Shown piece by piece: positions 9,147 to 19,349 of a stretch of 64,000 bases of DNA (position 1 is the first letter of the stretch; each line of letters starts with the position of its first letter). Source of the DNA: Litorivicinus sp. (GTDB lineage: Bacteria; Pseudomonadota; Gammaproteobacteria; Pseudomonadales; Litorivicinaceae); contig QXYM01000031.1 of assembly GCA_009886945.1 (NCBI GenBank), positions 12,227 through 76,226 on the forward strand, written 5' to 3'. Made by a program: the position numbers and the translations under genes. Under the pieces are notes generated by a model. It was not told the DNA's origin. It saw nothing but the letters and a program-made list of their open reading frames with translations, and did no database searches.

Positions 9147-11420
9147 ATGTCGAATGACCTCCGTGAAGCGGCGCTCCGGTACCACCGTGCTGCGCCCGCT
9201 GGAAAATTAGAGATCGCAGCAACAAAACCGATGGCAACACAGCGAGATTTAGCACTCGCCTACAGTCCTGGCGTTGCCTATGCCTGTACCGAAATTGCCG
9301 AAGACCCAAGTAAAGCTGCCGAGCTCACAGCGCGTGGCAACATGGTTGCTGTCATTACCAACGGAACAGCCGTCCTTGGCCTTGGCGCCATCGGCCCTCT
9401 GGCATCCAAACCTGTCATGGAAGGCAAGGCTGTTCTATTTAAAAAGTTTGCCAACATCAACTCCATTGATATCGAAGTAGACACCACAGACGTGGATCGA
9501 TTCTGTGACGTCGTGTCAGCACTTGAGCCTTCATTTGGCGGCATCAATTTAGAAGATATCAAAGCGCCCGAATGCTTTGAAATCGAGTCACGGTTGCGTG
9601 AGAAGATGAAAATCCCAGTGTTCCACGACGATCAGCACGGAACTGCAATTGTGGTCGGAGCGGGCATGCTCAATGCCATGCGTTATCTCGGCAAAGACAT
9701 GGGTGAGATTAAGCTTGTGTGTTCAGGTGCTGGTGCGGCCGCATTAGCCTGTCTGAATATGTTGAAAACTCTCGGTGTGAAAGACGAAAACATCATTGTC
9801 TGCGATCAACATGGCGTCCTTCGACATGATCGCGAAGCGCCAATGGATCAATACAAAGCACGCTATGCGAGAGAGACAGATCTCACCACATTAAAAGAAG
9901 CGCTGGTCGGCGCCGATGCCTTCCTCGGGCTCTCTGTTCCCGGCGTGATCGACCAAGATGATGTGAAGAACATGGCTGACCGCCCAGTCATCTTCGCGTT
10001 GGCCAACCCAACGCCTGAAATCATGCCCGAACTTGTGAAAGAAGTGCGCCCTGATGCACTCATTGCCACGGGTCGTTCGGATTATCCGAACCAAGTCAAT
10101 AACGTCTTGTGCTTCCCATTCTTGTTCCGAGGCGCCCTTGACTGCGGTGCGACGGTCATCAATGAGGAAATGAAAGCAGCCTGCGCCGAAGCCATCGCTG
10201 CCATGGTTCACTCACCACCATCGGATGAAGTGTTGAGCACCTATCAAGGTGAACAATTGACCTTCGGGCCTGAATACTTAATTCCGAAACCATTTGATCC
10301 ACGGTTGATCATGGAAATTCCTCCTGGTGTCGCGAAAGCCGCCGAGGAATCCGGTGTCGCCGCCCGCCCCATCGAAGATCTTGATGCCTATCGTGATGAC
10401 CTCAGTCGATTTGTCTTCCGCTCAGGCATGCTGATGAAACCGATGTTCGAAGCCGCGCGTTCGACCAAACGCCGACTGGTGTTGGCCGAGGGAGAAGGTG
10501 GAAAAATGCTGCAGGCTTGCCAACTGATCGTGTCCGAACAACTCGCTGATGTCACCTTAGTTGGTCGACCTCATGTGATCGAAGACAAGATTAAGTCTAT
10601 GGGGCTCTCGATTGTTCCAGGCAAAGATTTCGACATCGTCGACAATCTGAACGATGACGTGATCACATCCATCGGTGAGGAATACCACGGACTGATGGCT
10701 CGCCAAGGAATGACTCCAAAGGCTGCGCAAACCCGAGTTCGAGCCAATACCACCGTGGTGGCATCAATGCTGCTTCGTCGTGGTGATGCTGACGCGATGC
10801 TTTGCGGGACTTTTGGTACCTATGGCAAACACCTGCAAATGGTTGACGAGATTATCGGCCGTAAACAAGAATCACCAGTCGTCGGCGCTTTGACGGTATT
10901 GATTTTGCCGCAAGGAACGATTTTCCTCACAGACACGCATGTCAACTTTGATCCAACAGCGGAACAGTTGTGCGTGCTTGCGAAACTCGCTGCAGACGAG
11001 ATCCGCCGCTTCGGGATTCAGCCAAAAGCTGCGTTTCTATCGCACTCAAACTTCGGCTCATCGAGTACTCCATCGGCGACAAAAGTTCGCGAAGCAACTG
11101 CCATGTTTATGGAACGCTATCCGGACATTGAGGCTGACGGGGAGATGCATGCTGACGCAGCACTTGATGAGAAAGTTCGCCTGGATCTTTTGCCAGAAAG
11201 CAAACTCACAGGTTCAGCAAACTTGTTGATTTGTCCGAACCTCGATTCGGCAAATATCGCGAGGAACTTGCTCAAAGTGTTAGGCAATGGCGTGACCGTT
11301 GGTCCGGTTTTGCTTGGTCTTGAGAAAGAAGCACATGTAGCGACAGCGTCGAATTCACCACGCGGGATTTTCAACATGGCTGCTGTCGCGCTCGCCAACG
11401 TAAATCGCGGCGACGACTAG
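9147..11420 (+). CDS. maeB: NADP-dependent malic enzyme with C-terminal phosphotransacetylase-like domain
   Basis: The N-terminus [44 protein letters not shown] aligns closely with E. coli MaeB. The product is about 757 aa and includes the PTA-like C-terminal half. Confidence 0.93.
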   Translation: MSNDLREAALRYHRAAPAGKLEIAATKPMATQRDLALAYSPGVAYACTEIAEDPSKAAELTARGNMVAVITNGTAVLGLGAIGPLASKPVMEGKAVLFKKFANINSIDIEVDTTDVDRFCDVVSALEPSFGGINLEDIKAPECFEIESRLREKMKIPVFHDDQHGTAIVVGAGMLNAMRYLGKDMGEIKLVCSGAGAAALACLNMLKTLGVKDENIIVCDQHGVLRHDREAPMDQYKARYARETDLTTLKEALVGADAFLGLSVPGVIDQDDVKNMADRPVIFALANPTPEIMPELVKEVRPDALIATGRSDYPNQVNNVLCFPFLFRGALDCGATVINEEMKAACAEAIAAMVHSPPSDEVLSTYQGEQLTFGPEYLIPKPFDPRLIMEIPPGVAKAAEESGVAARPIEDLDAYRDDLSRFVFRSGMLMKPMFEAARSTKRRLVLAEGEGGKMLQACQLIVSEQLADVTLVGRPHVIEDKIKSMGLSIVPGKDFDIVDNLNDDVITSIGEEYHGLMARQGMTPKAAQTRVRANTTVVASMLLRRGDADAMLCGTFGTYGKHLQMVDEIIGRKQESPVVGALTVLILPQGTIFLTDTHVNFDPTAEQLCVLAKLAADEIRRFGIQPKAAFLSHSNFGSSSTPSATKVREATAMFMERYPDIEADGEMHADAALDEKVRLDLLPESKLTGSANLLICPNLDSANIARNLLKVLGNGVTVGPVLLGLEKEAHVATASNSPRGIFNMAAVALANVNRGDD

Positions 11421-11439
11421 CCGCTCCGTCAGCGAGACC

Positions 11440-12363
11440 CTAAAAACCCGAGCCTTTTGTGCTCGGGTTGTTCATGGCCAGCTCGTCAACCAGAAAATCA
11501 ATCAATGCTCGTGTCTTCAATGGCAAATGCCGTCCGTGCGGAAAGACCGCATACAATTTACGTTCAGGAAACAATCGATACTCGGGCAAGACTTCTCGCA
11601 AGCGCCCATCATCAAGCTCAGACTCCACCATAAACCGAGGCAATAAAATCAGGCCCTGGCCAGCTCGAGCAAAAGAGACCATCATTTGATCATTGTTGGT
11701 TGAAAGCTTCGCCTGTGTCGCTATCTGCACAGGCTCATCCGAGCCGCGCTGAAGTTTCAAACGTTGCACCGCACGCTCTGATGCATAATGAATAAATGGA
11801 ATTCTCGACAGATCCTCTGGCGTCGATGGTGTGCCGTATTCCGCCAATAAGATCGGCGCGCCGACGAGGACCATCGGAACATCAGACAATCGTCGAGCAA
11901 CCAACGAAGAATCTTCCAGATGACCGATCCGAATCGCCAGATCAAAGCCTTCCCCCACCAAATCGACAAAACGGTCAGAGAGCTCGACATGCAACTGTAT
12001 TCCCGGATGATGCGAGGCAAAGGACGTCAACGGCTCTTTGAGAACACGTTGTGCCAGGGCCACGGGTGCAGAGATTCGTAAGGACCCCTCAGGTTTGGCT
12101 TTTCGACCCGCAAGCATTTCACCAACTTCTTCAATTCCCTCAACCAGCGGAGCCGAACGCTCAAAGAGAAACGAACCCTCATCAGTCAAACTCAATTGAC
12201 GAGTGGTTCGATGAAACAATCGAACGCCTAAATCATTCTCTAAGCGCTGGACTTGTTTACTGACTGCAGAACCGGTCATCCCAAGACGCCTGGCTGCTTC
12301 TGCAAAACTGCCATGGCGTGCGACAGCGACAAAAATTGGTACTCGTGACAGCCGATCCATCAT
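11440..12363 (-). CDS. LysR-family transcriptional regulator
   Basis: It has the HTH sequence FVAVARHGSFAEAARRLGMTGSAVSKQVQRLE plus a LysR substrate-binding domain. It is divergent from the DoxX gene. The start could be the ATG at 12363 or 12360, or the GTG at 12390. Confidence 0.88.
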   Translation of the reverse strand: MMDRLSRVPIFVAVARHGSFAEAARRLGMTGSAVSKQVQRLENDLGVRLFHRTTRQLSLTDEGSFLFERSAPLVEGIEEVGEMLAGRKAKPEGSLRISAPVALAQRVLKEPLTSFASHHPGIQLHVELSDRFVDLVGEGFDLAIRIGHLEDSSLVARRLSDVPMVLVGAPILLAEYGTPSTPEDLSRIPFIHYASERAVQRLKLQRGSDEPVQIATQAKLSTNNDQMMVSFARAGQGLILLPRFMVESELDDGRLREVLPEYRLFPERKLYAVFPHGRHLPLKTRALIDFLVDELAMNNPSTKGSGF

Positions 12364-12498
12364 TCCCTCATCGATTTGCGTGTGAATCACACTGCTTTAT
12401 TAGTTCCAAAATAGAATTAAACAAGTGCTGATAATCATAATTTAATTCCTAAAAATAAGCAGTCATTCTATCGACATCGGAAAACAGAGGACACGACG

Positions 12499-12939
12499 AT
12501 GAACAATCAAACCTTAGGACTGACTGTCACACGGATCGCTTTAGGCGTGATTTTATTTGCCCACGGCTATCTCTTGAAGATCGGCACGTTCACCATTGCC
12601 GGAACGGTAGGATATTTTGAAAGTATCGGATTACCCGCGCTTGTTGCCTATCTGGTCATCGGTGGAGAAGTCATTGGTGGTATCGCATTAATTCTTGGCA
12701 TCTTCACAAAACTGGCCGCATGGCTTTCATTACCGATACTGCTCGGGGCAACCTGGATGCATCTCGGAAATGGCTGGTTATTTTCGGCCGAGGGCGGTGG
12801 CTGGGAATTCCCGCTCTTGCTGGTCGCATTGGCGATCAGTGTCGGTCTTCAGGGCGCTGGCAAATATGCTGTCGAAAATACTGACTGGTTCAAAGCGCGC
12901 TTACCCAACCAATCACCGGCTGAAGTCGCCTCCGCCTAA
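12499..12939 (+). CDS. DoxX-family membrane protein
   Basis: The 146-aa product has four hydrophobic segments and the DoxX-like sequence LGLTVTRIALGVILFAHG. Confidence 0.7.
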   Translation: MNNQTLGLTVTRIALGVILFAHGYLLKIGTFTIAGTVGYFESIGLPALVAYLVIGGEVIGGIALILGIFTKLAAWLSLPILLGATWMHLGNGWLFSAEGGGWEFPLLLVALAISVGLQGAGKYAVENTDWFKARLPNQSPAEVASA

Positions 12940-12940
12940 T

Positions 12941-13675
12941 CTAAGGCACGATCGCCTGGCCGTCCCAGGCGATCACTTGCCCCGACTGCTCAGGCGTCAA
13001 ATTCAACAGCACATCCCACAGATAACCCGCCGATTGCTTGGGGGTAAATAATCGCTCAGGCGAAACACCAGCCTGAAATGGCTTCGACAAGTTTGTATCA
13101 ACTGTCCCTGGGTGAAGTCCGACCACGATTGCTTTTGGGTTCGTGCGTCCAAGCTCGAGACTGAGATTTTTCGTCAGCATATTTTGTGCGGTCTTACTGG
13201 CTCGATAGCTGTGCCAGCCACCTAATCGATTATCACCAATGGATGCGACCCGCGCTGAAAGCGTTGCTATGATCATTGGATCTCGATGGCGAATCAGGCG
13301 GCCCAACGCGGCATACCACAAAAACGGACCGAAACAATTCACAGAAAACACCCGCTGCATATGACTTCGCGTCAAATCCCCCAGTTTCTTTTCGGGCTTG
13401 AGGCCAGTCGCGTCGTCTTGCAACAAACCCGCTGTCGTGATTGCGAGATGCACATGATCGGTCAGTGCACGAATTGTTTCAGCGGCTTCAGCAATCGATG
13501 CATCATCGGTCAGATCCAGGGCAATCGGAACCACGCGCGGGTCCTCGGACACAATTCGACTGGCATCACGAGCAGTCACAAAGACTCGATCAAACCGACC
13601 TGACTCCAAACTCCGATCCACCAAAGCCCGTCCTAGGCCGCCTGCACCTCCCTGTATGAGTGCAGATTGATTCAC
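12941..13675 (-). CDS. Short-chain dehydrogenase/reductase (C-factor-like SDR)
   Basis: It has the glycine-rich motif IQGGAGGLGRAL and the catalytic motif SYRASK (YxxxK). I prefer the GTG at 13675, 4 nt after the permease stop, over the ATG at 13735, which would overlap the permease gene by 56 nt. Confidence 0.8.
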   Translation of the reverse strand: MNQSALIQGGAGGLGRALVDRSLESGRFDRVFVTARDASRIVSEDPRVVPIALDLTDDASIAEAAETIRALTDHVHLAITTAGLLQDDATGLKPEKKLGDLTRSHMQRVFSVNCFGPFLWYAALGRLIRHRDPMIIATLSARVASIGDNRLGGWHSYRASKTAQNMLTKNLSLELGRTNPKAIVVGLHPGTVDTNLSKPFQAGVSPERLFTPKQSAGYLWDVLLNLTPEQSGQVIAWDGQAIVP

Positions 13676-13679
13676 ATGA

Positions 13680-14690
13680 TCACCATTTAAATAATTTAAG
13701 ACTGACACCCATCCCGACAATACAGAATCCCACAAGCACAGCGAGGTGCAGGGCGATATCTGTCAATCCGGCATTATCGAGCATCACTGCGCGGGCTGCT
13801 TCCAATACGTGGGTTAACGGTAACAGCTGCGCTATCGTTTGTACCCATTGTGGGGATCCATCCAGAGAAAACCAGACACCCGACAGAAGTAACATCGGAA
13901 AGGTCACGGCATTGAGTAGTCCATCAGCAAATTCTTTACTTTCGGTTCGACAAGCAATCGCGAGACCCAGCGTAATCATCGCCAGACCGCCCATCAGCGC
14001 AATCAACACCAGTAACGCAATACTGCCCACCATTTTATAATCGAGGATCAGATTGGTTCCGATGAAGACAATACTGCTGGCAGTTAAGGTGACTAAAAGG
14101 CGCGACAGCACTTGAGCGGATAAAAATTCAAACTTCGTCAGCGGAGTGGCTTTCAAGCGCCGTAAATACCCCGACTGACGATACCGAACCACCACATAAC
14201 CCACACCCCAAAGCGCGCTGTACATCATATTCATGCCGAGAATGCCAGGCACCACCCAATCCACATAACGGATCGCTTGGCCATCAGTCTCACCACGCTC
14301 CAACGGACGGTCTTCGGTGTACTGAAGCAAGGTTTCTAAAATCGCACCGGCAGCCGAATTCCCATTGACCCAATAGTTCACAGACTGTTCGCTGACTTCC
14401 AGAACCAGATCCGTTTGTTGCCGAGACAATCGCTCAAGCGCCTTCGTTCGATCTGCTTCGAGGCTCTGCACACCAGGAAACTTCACCAATTCAGGAAGCG
14501 CTTCCTGACCGATTGTGGTCACGGTAAATAGTGCTTTAGGCGGCCCAGAAAACACCACAGCCAAGGCAAATACAATTAACACTGGGAACACTAAGTTCCA
14601 TCCAAAACTGGCTCGATCTCGGAGATACTCGAGGTTTCTGGCAATAAATACTGCTTTCATGCGTCTCAGTGACCGGATGGCTGATTTCAT
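13680..14690 (-). CDS. ABC-2 type transporter permease
   Basis: The 336-aa product has an N-terminal TM segment, a large loop and then about five TM segments, which is the ABC-2 exporter topology. It overlaps the ATPase gene by 4 nt. Confidence 0.8.
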   Translation of the reverse strand: MKSAIRSLRRMKAVFIARNLEYLRDRASFGWNLVFPVLIVFALAVVFSGPPKALFTVTTIGQEALPELVKFPGVQSLEADRTKALERLSRQQTDLVLEVSEQSVNYWVNGNSAAGAILETLLQYTEDRPLERGETDGQAIRYVDWVVPGILGMNMMYSALWGVGYVVVRYRQSGYLRRLKATPLTKFEFLSAQVLSRLLVTLTASSIVFIGTNLILDYKMVGSIALLVLIALMGGLAMITLGLAIACRTESKEFADGLLNAVTFPMLLLSGVWFSLDGSPQWVQTIAQLLPLTHVLEAARAVMLDNAGLTDIALHLAVLVGFCIVGMGVSLKLFKW

Positions 14691-15421
14691 TCAATCACCT
14701 CTTGAGTCGTCACCAACGATTCACCGGTCAGAGACAAAAACAGTGTATCCAGATCGACCACTCCGGCATCTTCAATCAACGCTTTTGGAGTCCCTTGAAG
14801 CAGGGTTTGACCATGCGAAAGGATGACTAATTGATCGCATAGGACCTCAGCCTCTTCCATGTAATGTGTGGTCAAAATCAACGTCCGACCGTCGGCTTTT
14901 AAATCCGTCACCACATCCCAAAGATCCCGCCGCGAACGCGGATCCAGACCAGTTGTCGGTTCATCTAAGAACACGATTTCGGGATTATGAACAAGTGCCA
15001 AGGCGAGCAATAACCGCTGTCTTTGTCCACCCGACAGTCGTCGTGCATCGCGGTGAAGGAACTCACCTAAGCGAAATTGTTCAATTAACCGATCCATCGA
15101 AATCGGATCATCATAGAAACTGGAAAACAGCTTTAAGTTGTCAAAAGGTGTCAGATAATCCTGTAGTGCGGTCGCCTGGAACTGAATGCCGACGCGGTCT
15201 TGGTAGTCCGCAGGAAGCGCTCCACCGCGATAGGTCACCGAGCCACTGGTGGGGAGCTCCATTCCCTCAAGCAGCGCAAGTGTCGTGCTCTTTCCAGCAC
15301 CGTTCGGCCCAAGAAGACCAAAGCACTGACCAGACTCGATCTCGAAATCGAGTCCATCAACCGCAACCACATCATCGTATGATTTTCGCAGTCCTCGGAC
15401 CGCAAGGATCGTCTCAGTCAT
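14687..15421 (-). CDS. ABC transporter ATP-binding protein (DrrA/CcmA-like)
   Basis: It has Walker A (GPNGAGKST), the signature LSGGQRQRL and Walker B ([12 protein letters not shown]). The ATG at 15421 gives a typical N-terminus, MTETILAVRGLRKSY. Confidence 0.9.
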   Translation of the reverse strand: MTETILAVRGLRKSYDDVVAVDGLDFEIESGQCFGLLGPNGAGKSTTLALLEGMELPTSGSVTYRGGALPADYQDRVGIQFQATALQDYLTPFDNLKLFSSFYDDPISMDRLIEQFRLGEFLHRDARRLSGGQRQRLLLALALVHNPEIVFLDEPTTGLDPRSRRDLWDVVTDLKADGRTLILTTHYMEEAEVLCDQLVILSHGQTLLQGTPKALIEDAGVVDLDTLFLSLTGESLVTTQEVIE

Positions 15422-16211
15422 TCGACATCCAATGATTCGGTGGAATCCCGCCAAGCAGCTGGGTCGCCGTGTGAGCGGTTTGAGCCACAGCATCACCGTG
15501 ATCAATGAATACAGCATCACTCATGCGGACACTGGGTCCACTGACACTCAAGGTACAGATCGGCGAGCCGAGCTCGTTAAATACCGGGGCTGCGACACAT
15601 TGCATTCCATCAACATGCTCTTGCCGATCATAAGATCGACCCTCGGCGATAATGGTCTGAATCTCAGCGTCCAATGAGGCTTGGGATCGATGCGTTTTGT
15701 CTGTCAGCGCTTCGTAGGTGATTTGTTCCATCAACACACTCCGCTCTTCCTGACCGAGAGCAGCAAGTAACGCCTTTCCGGCACCCGATGCGTGGAGCGG
15801 CGACAAGCTCCCCAGGGGCGCGACCATTCGCATCATGTTCGCACTTTCAATTTGTGAGACAAACAGAGCTTTGTGCCCGGACAAAATGGCCAAATTCACG
15901 GTTTCACCAGTCTGATCCGACAACTCGATCATCAACGGTCTCAGTTGTGCAACATAGTCTCGTGAGCGAACAAACGCATTACCCATTCGGAATCCAGCAA
16001 CACCAATCCGCCATCGACCTGTCTCACTGTTGACCGACAAGAAAGATAAGGCCTCCAAAGTCGCCAACAGACGATGCACTGTGGATGGCGCCAAATCAGT
16101 CGCCTCCGCAATTTCAACCAGCGTCAGACCAGAGCGCGATCCCGAGCAGGCGTTTAAAATCGACAAGCCACGAACTAAGGTTTTTGATTGTCCACCCGCG
16201 TCTTCAGACAT
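15414..16211 (-). CDS. IclR-family transcriptional regulator
   Basis: It has the HTH sequence LTLVEIAEATDLAPSTVHRLLATLE plus an IclR effector domain. The ATG at 16211 has AGGAA about 7 nt upstream. An alternative ATG at 16241 lacks an SD. Confidence 0.85.
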   Translation of the reverse strand: MSEDAGGQSKTLVRGLSILNACSGSRSGLTLVEIAEATDLAPSTVHRLLATLEALSFLSVNSETGRWRIGVAGFRMGNAFVRSRDYVAQLRPLMIELSDQTGETVNLAILSGHKALFVSQIESANMMRMVAPLGSLSPLHASGAGKALLAALGQEERSVLMEQITYEALTDKTHRSQASLDAEIQTIIAEGRSYDRQEHVDGMQCVAAPVFNELGSPICTLSVSGPSVRMSDAVFIDHGDAVAQTAHTATQLLGGIPPNHWMSND

Positions 16212-17970
16212 GCATATTTCCTTCTTGTTTGACTTGTCCATGGCGAATTGTCAGTGACACGTCCTGGCCACGAAAGGTATTGATCGAGAGACTGTAGACA
16301 CATTCGATCCAATCGCCAGAGTTTACAGGAGGGGGTTCGTGCGGTTCGAGAGCGGAAAACCAAATCGCTTGGACTTGTCGACCCTCGAGTGCCAAAGACA
16401 AGCTCAAATGCGTCCGATCTTTTCCCACTGGACGGACTGACACCACTTGAAACAGTCCAACAAACAGTGGCTGATCAAACCCTCGACCAAATGGACCGAG
16501 CGATTCCATTTGCTCAATCCAAGGAACACTGAATTGCTCCGGGAGCAATTCACCATCCACCAAAAACTGGGGTTTAGGGCCTACATCCGCATACTCTGAG
16601 CGATAAATTTCTTGCAACTCGCGACTGAATTCAGCCAGTGCTGCTTGACGAATCGTCATACCACAAGCACCAGTATGCCCTCCATAGCGAAGCATGACGT
16701 GGGGAAGTACGGCATTGACCCGATCCAATAACATCTTCGCATCAACGCCTGGAATTGATCGCATGGATCCAGACAGTGTCCCGGACTCCATCCCTGGTGT
16801 CAGAACGATCGTGGGTCGTCCTTCTGCTTCAACCAAACGACTGGCAACAATTCCTTGAACTCCAGCATGTCCATTTTCCAAAACAATGCACAACACGAAT
16901 CCACCATGCAGGTGCTGGCGTTTTGCCAAAGGTTTGGCTTGTGCGACCATGGTTTTTTCGATCGCCCGTCGGGTTTGATTGTCTGCATCAAGATCTAAAA
17001 ATGCATTGGTCGCCTCAGAAACGGACGTTGCAACAAGATATTCGTACCCTCTGAGTGAGTGTGCGATTCGACCGCGAGCGTTCAGACGAGGAGCCAGCTG
17101 AAATGCCAATAATTCCGCATTCAAGTCACGCGGTGCACGCGTCAATTGGGAAAGAGCGACCTGCCAGCACGGTCTCTGTTGACGCGCAATCAGCGACAGT
17201 CCGGCTTTGACCACGGCCCGGTTGGTTTCGCTCGACCCCAGTGAAACACAGTCAGCCACAGTTCCCAGTGCGACATAATCCAAGAGATCACCGAGCTTTG
17301 GTGTCGTTGGAACAAGGACTCCTTGATCGATTAAGCGTTGTCTCAAGAAACTCATGACCAACCAGGACACCATACAACCGGCAATGGCCTTATCTGGATA
17401 TCGACAATCCGCACGATTTGGATTCACAACCGCCCAAGCACTGGCTGGTGGTCCGCGATCAGACACCCGGTGATGATCGGTCACGATGACATCGACACCG
17501 GCATCCTTCAGTCGACCGATCTGCACCTCATCCGAAGAACCACAGTCTGCTGAAATCACCACCTGTGGCACTGGTAACGATTCCAGTAATCGATCAACTA
17601 GGGTCTCCGAGATCCCATACCCATCTTCCAAACGATGACCAATCCAATGAGAGATGTTTTCAGGTGACACACCAAATCGCTGCAATGATTCAGTGATGAC
17701 CGCATGGCTTGTCAGGCCGTCGGCATCGTAATCTGTTAATACCCCAATGCGCTCACCATCTCGAATCGCGGTTTGCAGTCGATCCGCCGCTTTGGTGATA
17801 TCGGTGAGTTCAGATGGTGGTGCAATATGTTGAAGTTGCGGATCCAAGACCACATCGAGCGGGGTCTCATCAGAGATTCTGCCTGCCACAATGCGGGCAA
17901 TCACAGGGTCTAATCCACGGGAACGAGCCTCAGCAAACACTGAGGCTTCAATCGGGCGGGATTCGCGCAC
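16204..17970 (-). CDS. recJ: Single-stranded-DNA-specific exonuclease RecJ
   Basis: It has DHH and DHHA1 motifs (DYDADGLTS, IVTDHH, GGHTGACG) and is 588 aa long. The GTG start overlaps the thrC stop. Confidence 0.93.
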   Translation of the reverse strand: MRESRPIEASVFAEARSRGLDPVIARIVAGRISDETPLDVVLDPQLQHIAPPSELTDITKAADRLQTAIRDGERIGVLTDYDADGLTSHAVITESLQRFGVSPENISHWIGHRLEDGYGISETLVDRLLESLPVPQVVISADCGSSDEVQIGRLKDAGVDVIVTDHHRVSDRGPPASAWAVVNPNRADCRYPDKAIAGCMVSWLVMSFLRQRLIDQGVLVPTTPKLGDLLDYVALGTVADCVSLGSSETNRAVVKAGLSLIARQQRPCWQVALSQLTRAPRDLNAELLAFQLAPRLNARGRIAHSLRGYEYLVATSVSEATNAFLDLDADNQTRRAIEKTMVAQAKPLAKRQHLHGGFVLCIVLENGHAGVQGIVASRLVEAEGRPTIVLTPGMESGTLSGSMRSIPGVDAKMLLDRVNAVLPHVMLRYGGHTGACGMTIRQAALAEFSRELQEIYRSEYADVGPKPQFLVDGELLPEQFSVPWIEQMESLGPFGRGFDQPLFVGLFQVVSVRPVGKDRTHLSLSLALEGRQVQAIWFSALEPHEPPPVNSGDWIECVYSLSINTFRGQDVSLTIRHGQVKQEGNMHV

Positions 17971-19349
17971 TACCCCATCACAGAACGAACAAATGACTGA
18001 ACATCATTCAAATCGTTCTCTAAGACGGTATACCGCTCTTCTCGGTCTAGCAGATCTGCCATATCAGGCGGCAGAGGAACCTCATCGAATCCAGCTTTTT
18101 CAACTGCTTCAGCAAATTTTGCAGGATGTGCGGTCGCCAAGACGACTTTCGTCATCCCTTGCGGTGTGACTTGTAACGCATCAACACCAGTTGCTGTATG
18201 AGGATCAATCAATTCGCCGGTTTCGCGATAGACCCGTGCGATCGTTGCACAGGTTTGCTCATCATCGACCGCATGCGCCGAAAAGAGAGCTCTGGCTTGA
18301 TCGACCACGGAATCCTCAAGCGTGACGGAACCAGATTGGAACGCGTGCATCAGATCAGCCATTTTGGCGCCATCGCGATCATGAAGATCGAACAATAACC
18401 GCTCAAAATTCGAACTCACCACAATATCCATCGATGGTGAGAGGGTTTTCTCAAGCGGCTTTCTCGATAGATCACCGTTTAAGCCACGCACTAAGGCATC
18501 ATTGGCGTTGGTCGCCACTGTGAAGTGTGCAATTGGGAAGCCCATTTGCTTAGCCAGGTACCCACCAAAAACATCACCAAAATTTGCTGACGGCACGCTG
18601 TAAGCGATCTCACGATCCAGTGCACCCAAACGTAAACCCGAATAAATATAGTAAACGGTCTGCGCCATGATCCGCGCCAGATTAATGGAGTTCACAGCCA
18701 GCAAGCGATTCGGATTGACAAAGGCTTGATCCATAAAGGAAGCCTTCACAATGGCCTGGCAATCATCAAAATTTCCTTTCACAGCCACGTTATGCACGTT
18801 ATCTGAAAGCACTGTTGTCATCTGACGACGTTGGACTTCACTGACGCGCTGGTAAGGATGCAAAATCACGACATCTAAATGATCCGAATGACGCGCTCCT
18901 TCGATGGCCGCCGACCCTGTATCACCAGAGGTGGCCCCCATCACTACTCCGCGCTCACCGCGTTCTGCCAAGAAATAATCGAGCAACCGGCCGAGCAACT
19001 GCAACGCAAAATCCTTGAACGCCAAAGTCGGTCCGTGGAACAACTCTAAAAGCCAAGTGTCATGAGTTAACTGCTTGCTCGGTGCGATTGCGGTATGACG
19101 GAACGAGCGGTAGGCGTCACGCACCATCGCTTCAAAGGTCTCCCGCGCCATTGAGCCCTCGACGAAAGGCCACATGACCTCAATCGCTAACGCATCGTAA
19201 GGCAAACTCTGCCACTGTCTAAATGTCGCTTCAGAGATTGTTGGCAGTGATTCAGGAACATAGAGGCCACCATCCGAGGCAAGCCCAGTTAAGACAACAT
19301 CGTCAAATCCTAAAATCGGGGCCTGTCCACGGGTTGATACGAATTTCAT
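17970..19349 (-). CDS. thrC: Threonine synthase
   Basis: The sequence MKFVSTRGQAP...LELFHGPTLAFKDFALQ is characteristic, and the gene sits downstream of hom. Confidence 0.95.
   Translation of the reverse strand: MKFVSTRGQAPILGFDDVVLTGLASDGGLYVPESLPTISEATFRQWQSLPYDALAIEVMWPFVEGSMARETFEAMVRDAYRSFRHTAIAPSKQLTHDTWLLELFHGPTLAFKDFALQLLGRLLDYFLAERGERGVVMGATSGDTGSAAIEGARHSDHLDVVILHPYQRVSEVQRRQMTTVLSDNVHNVAVKGNFDDCQAIVKASFMDQAFVNPNRLLAVNSINLARIMAQTVYYIYSGLRLGALDREIAYSVPSANFGDVFGGYLAKQMGFPIAHFTVATNANDALVRGLNGDLSRKPLEKTLSPSMDIVVSSNFERLLFDLHDRDGAKMADLMHAFQSGSVTLEDSVVDQARALFSAHAVDDEQTCATIARVYRETGELIDPHTATGVDALQVTPQGMTKVVLATAHPAKFAEAVEKAGFDEVPLPPDMADLLDREERYTVLENDLNDVQSFVRSVMG

Noticed and set aside
12414-12448. 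The 8-bp inverted repeat GAATTAAA ... TTTAATTC (19-nt spacer) in the LysR/DoxX divergent region as a LysR operator.
   Set aside because: The region is very AT-rich, so an 8-mer of A and T recurring in inverted orientation is plausible by chance. It also does not fit the usual T-N11-A spacing.
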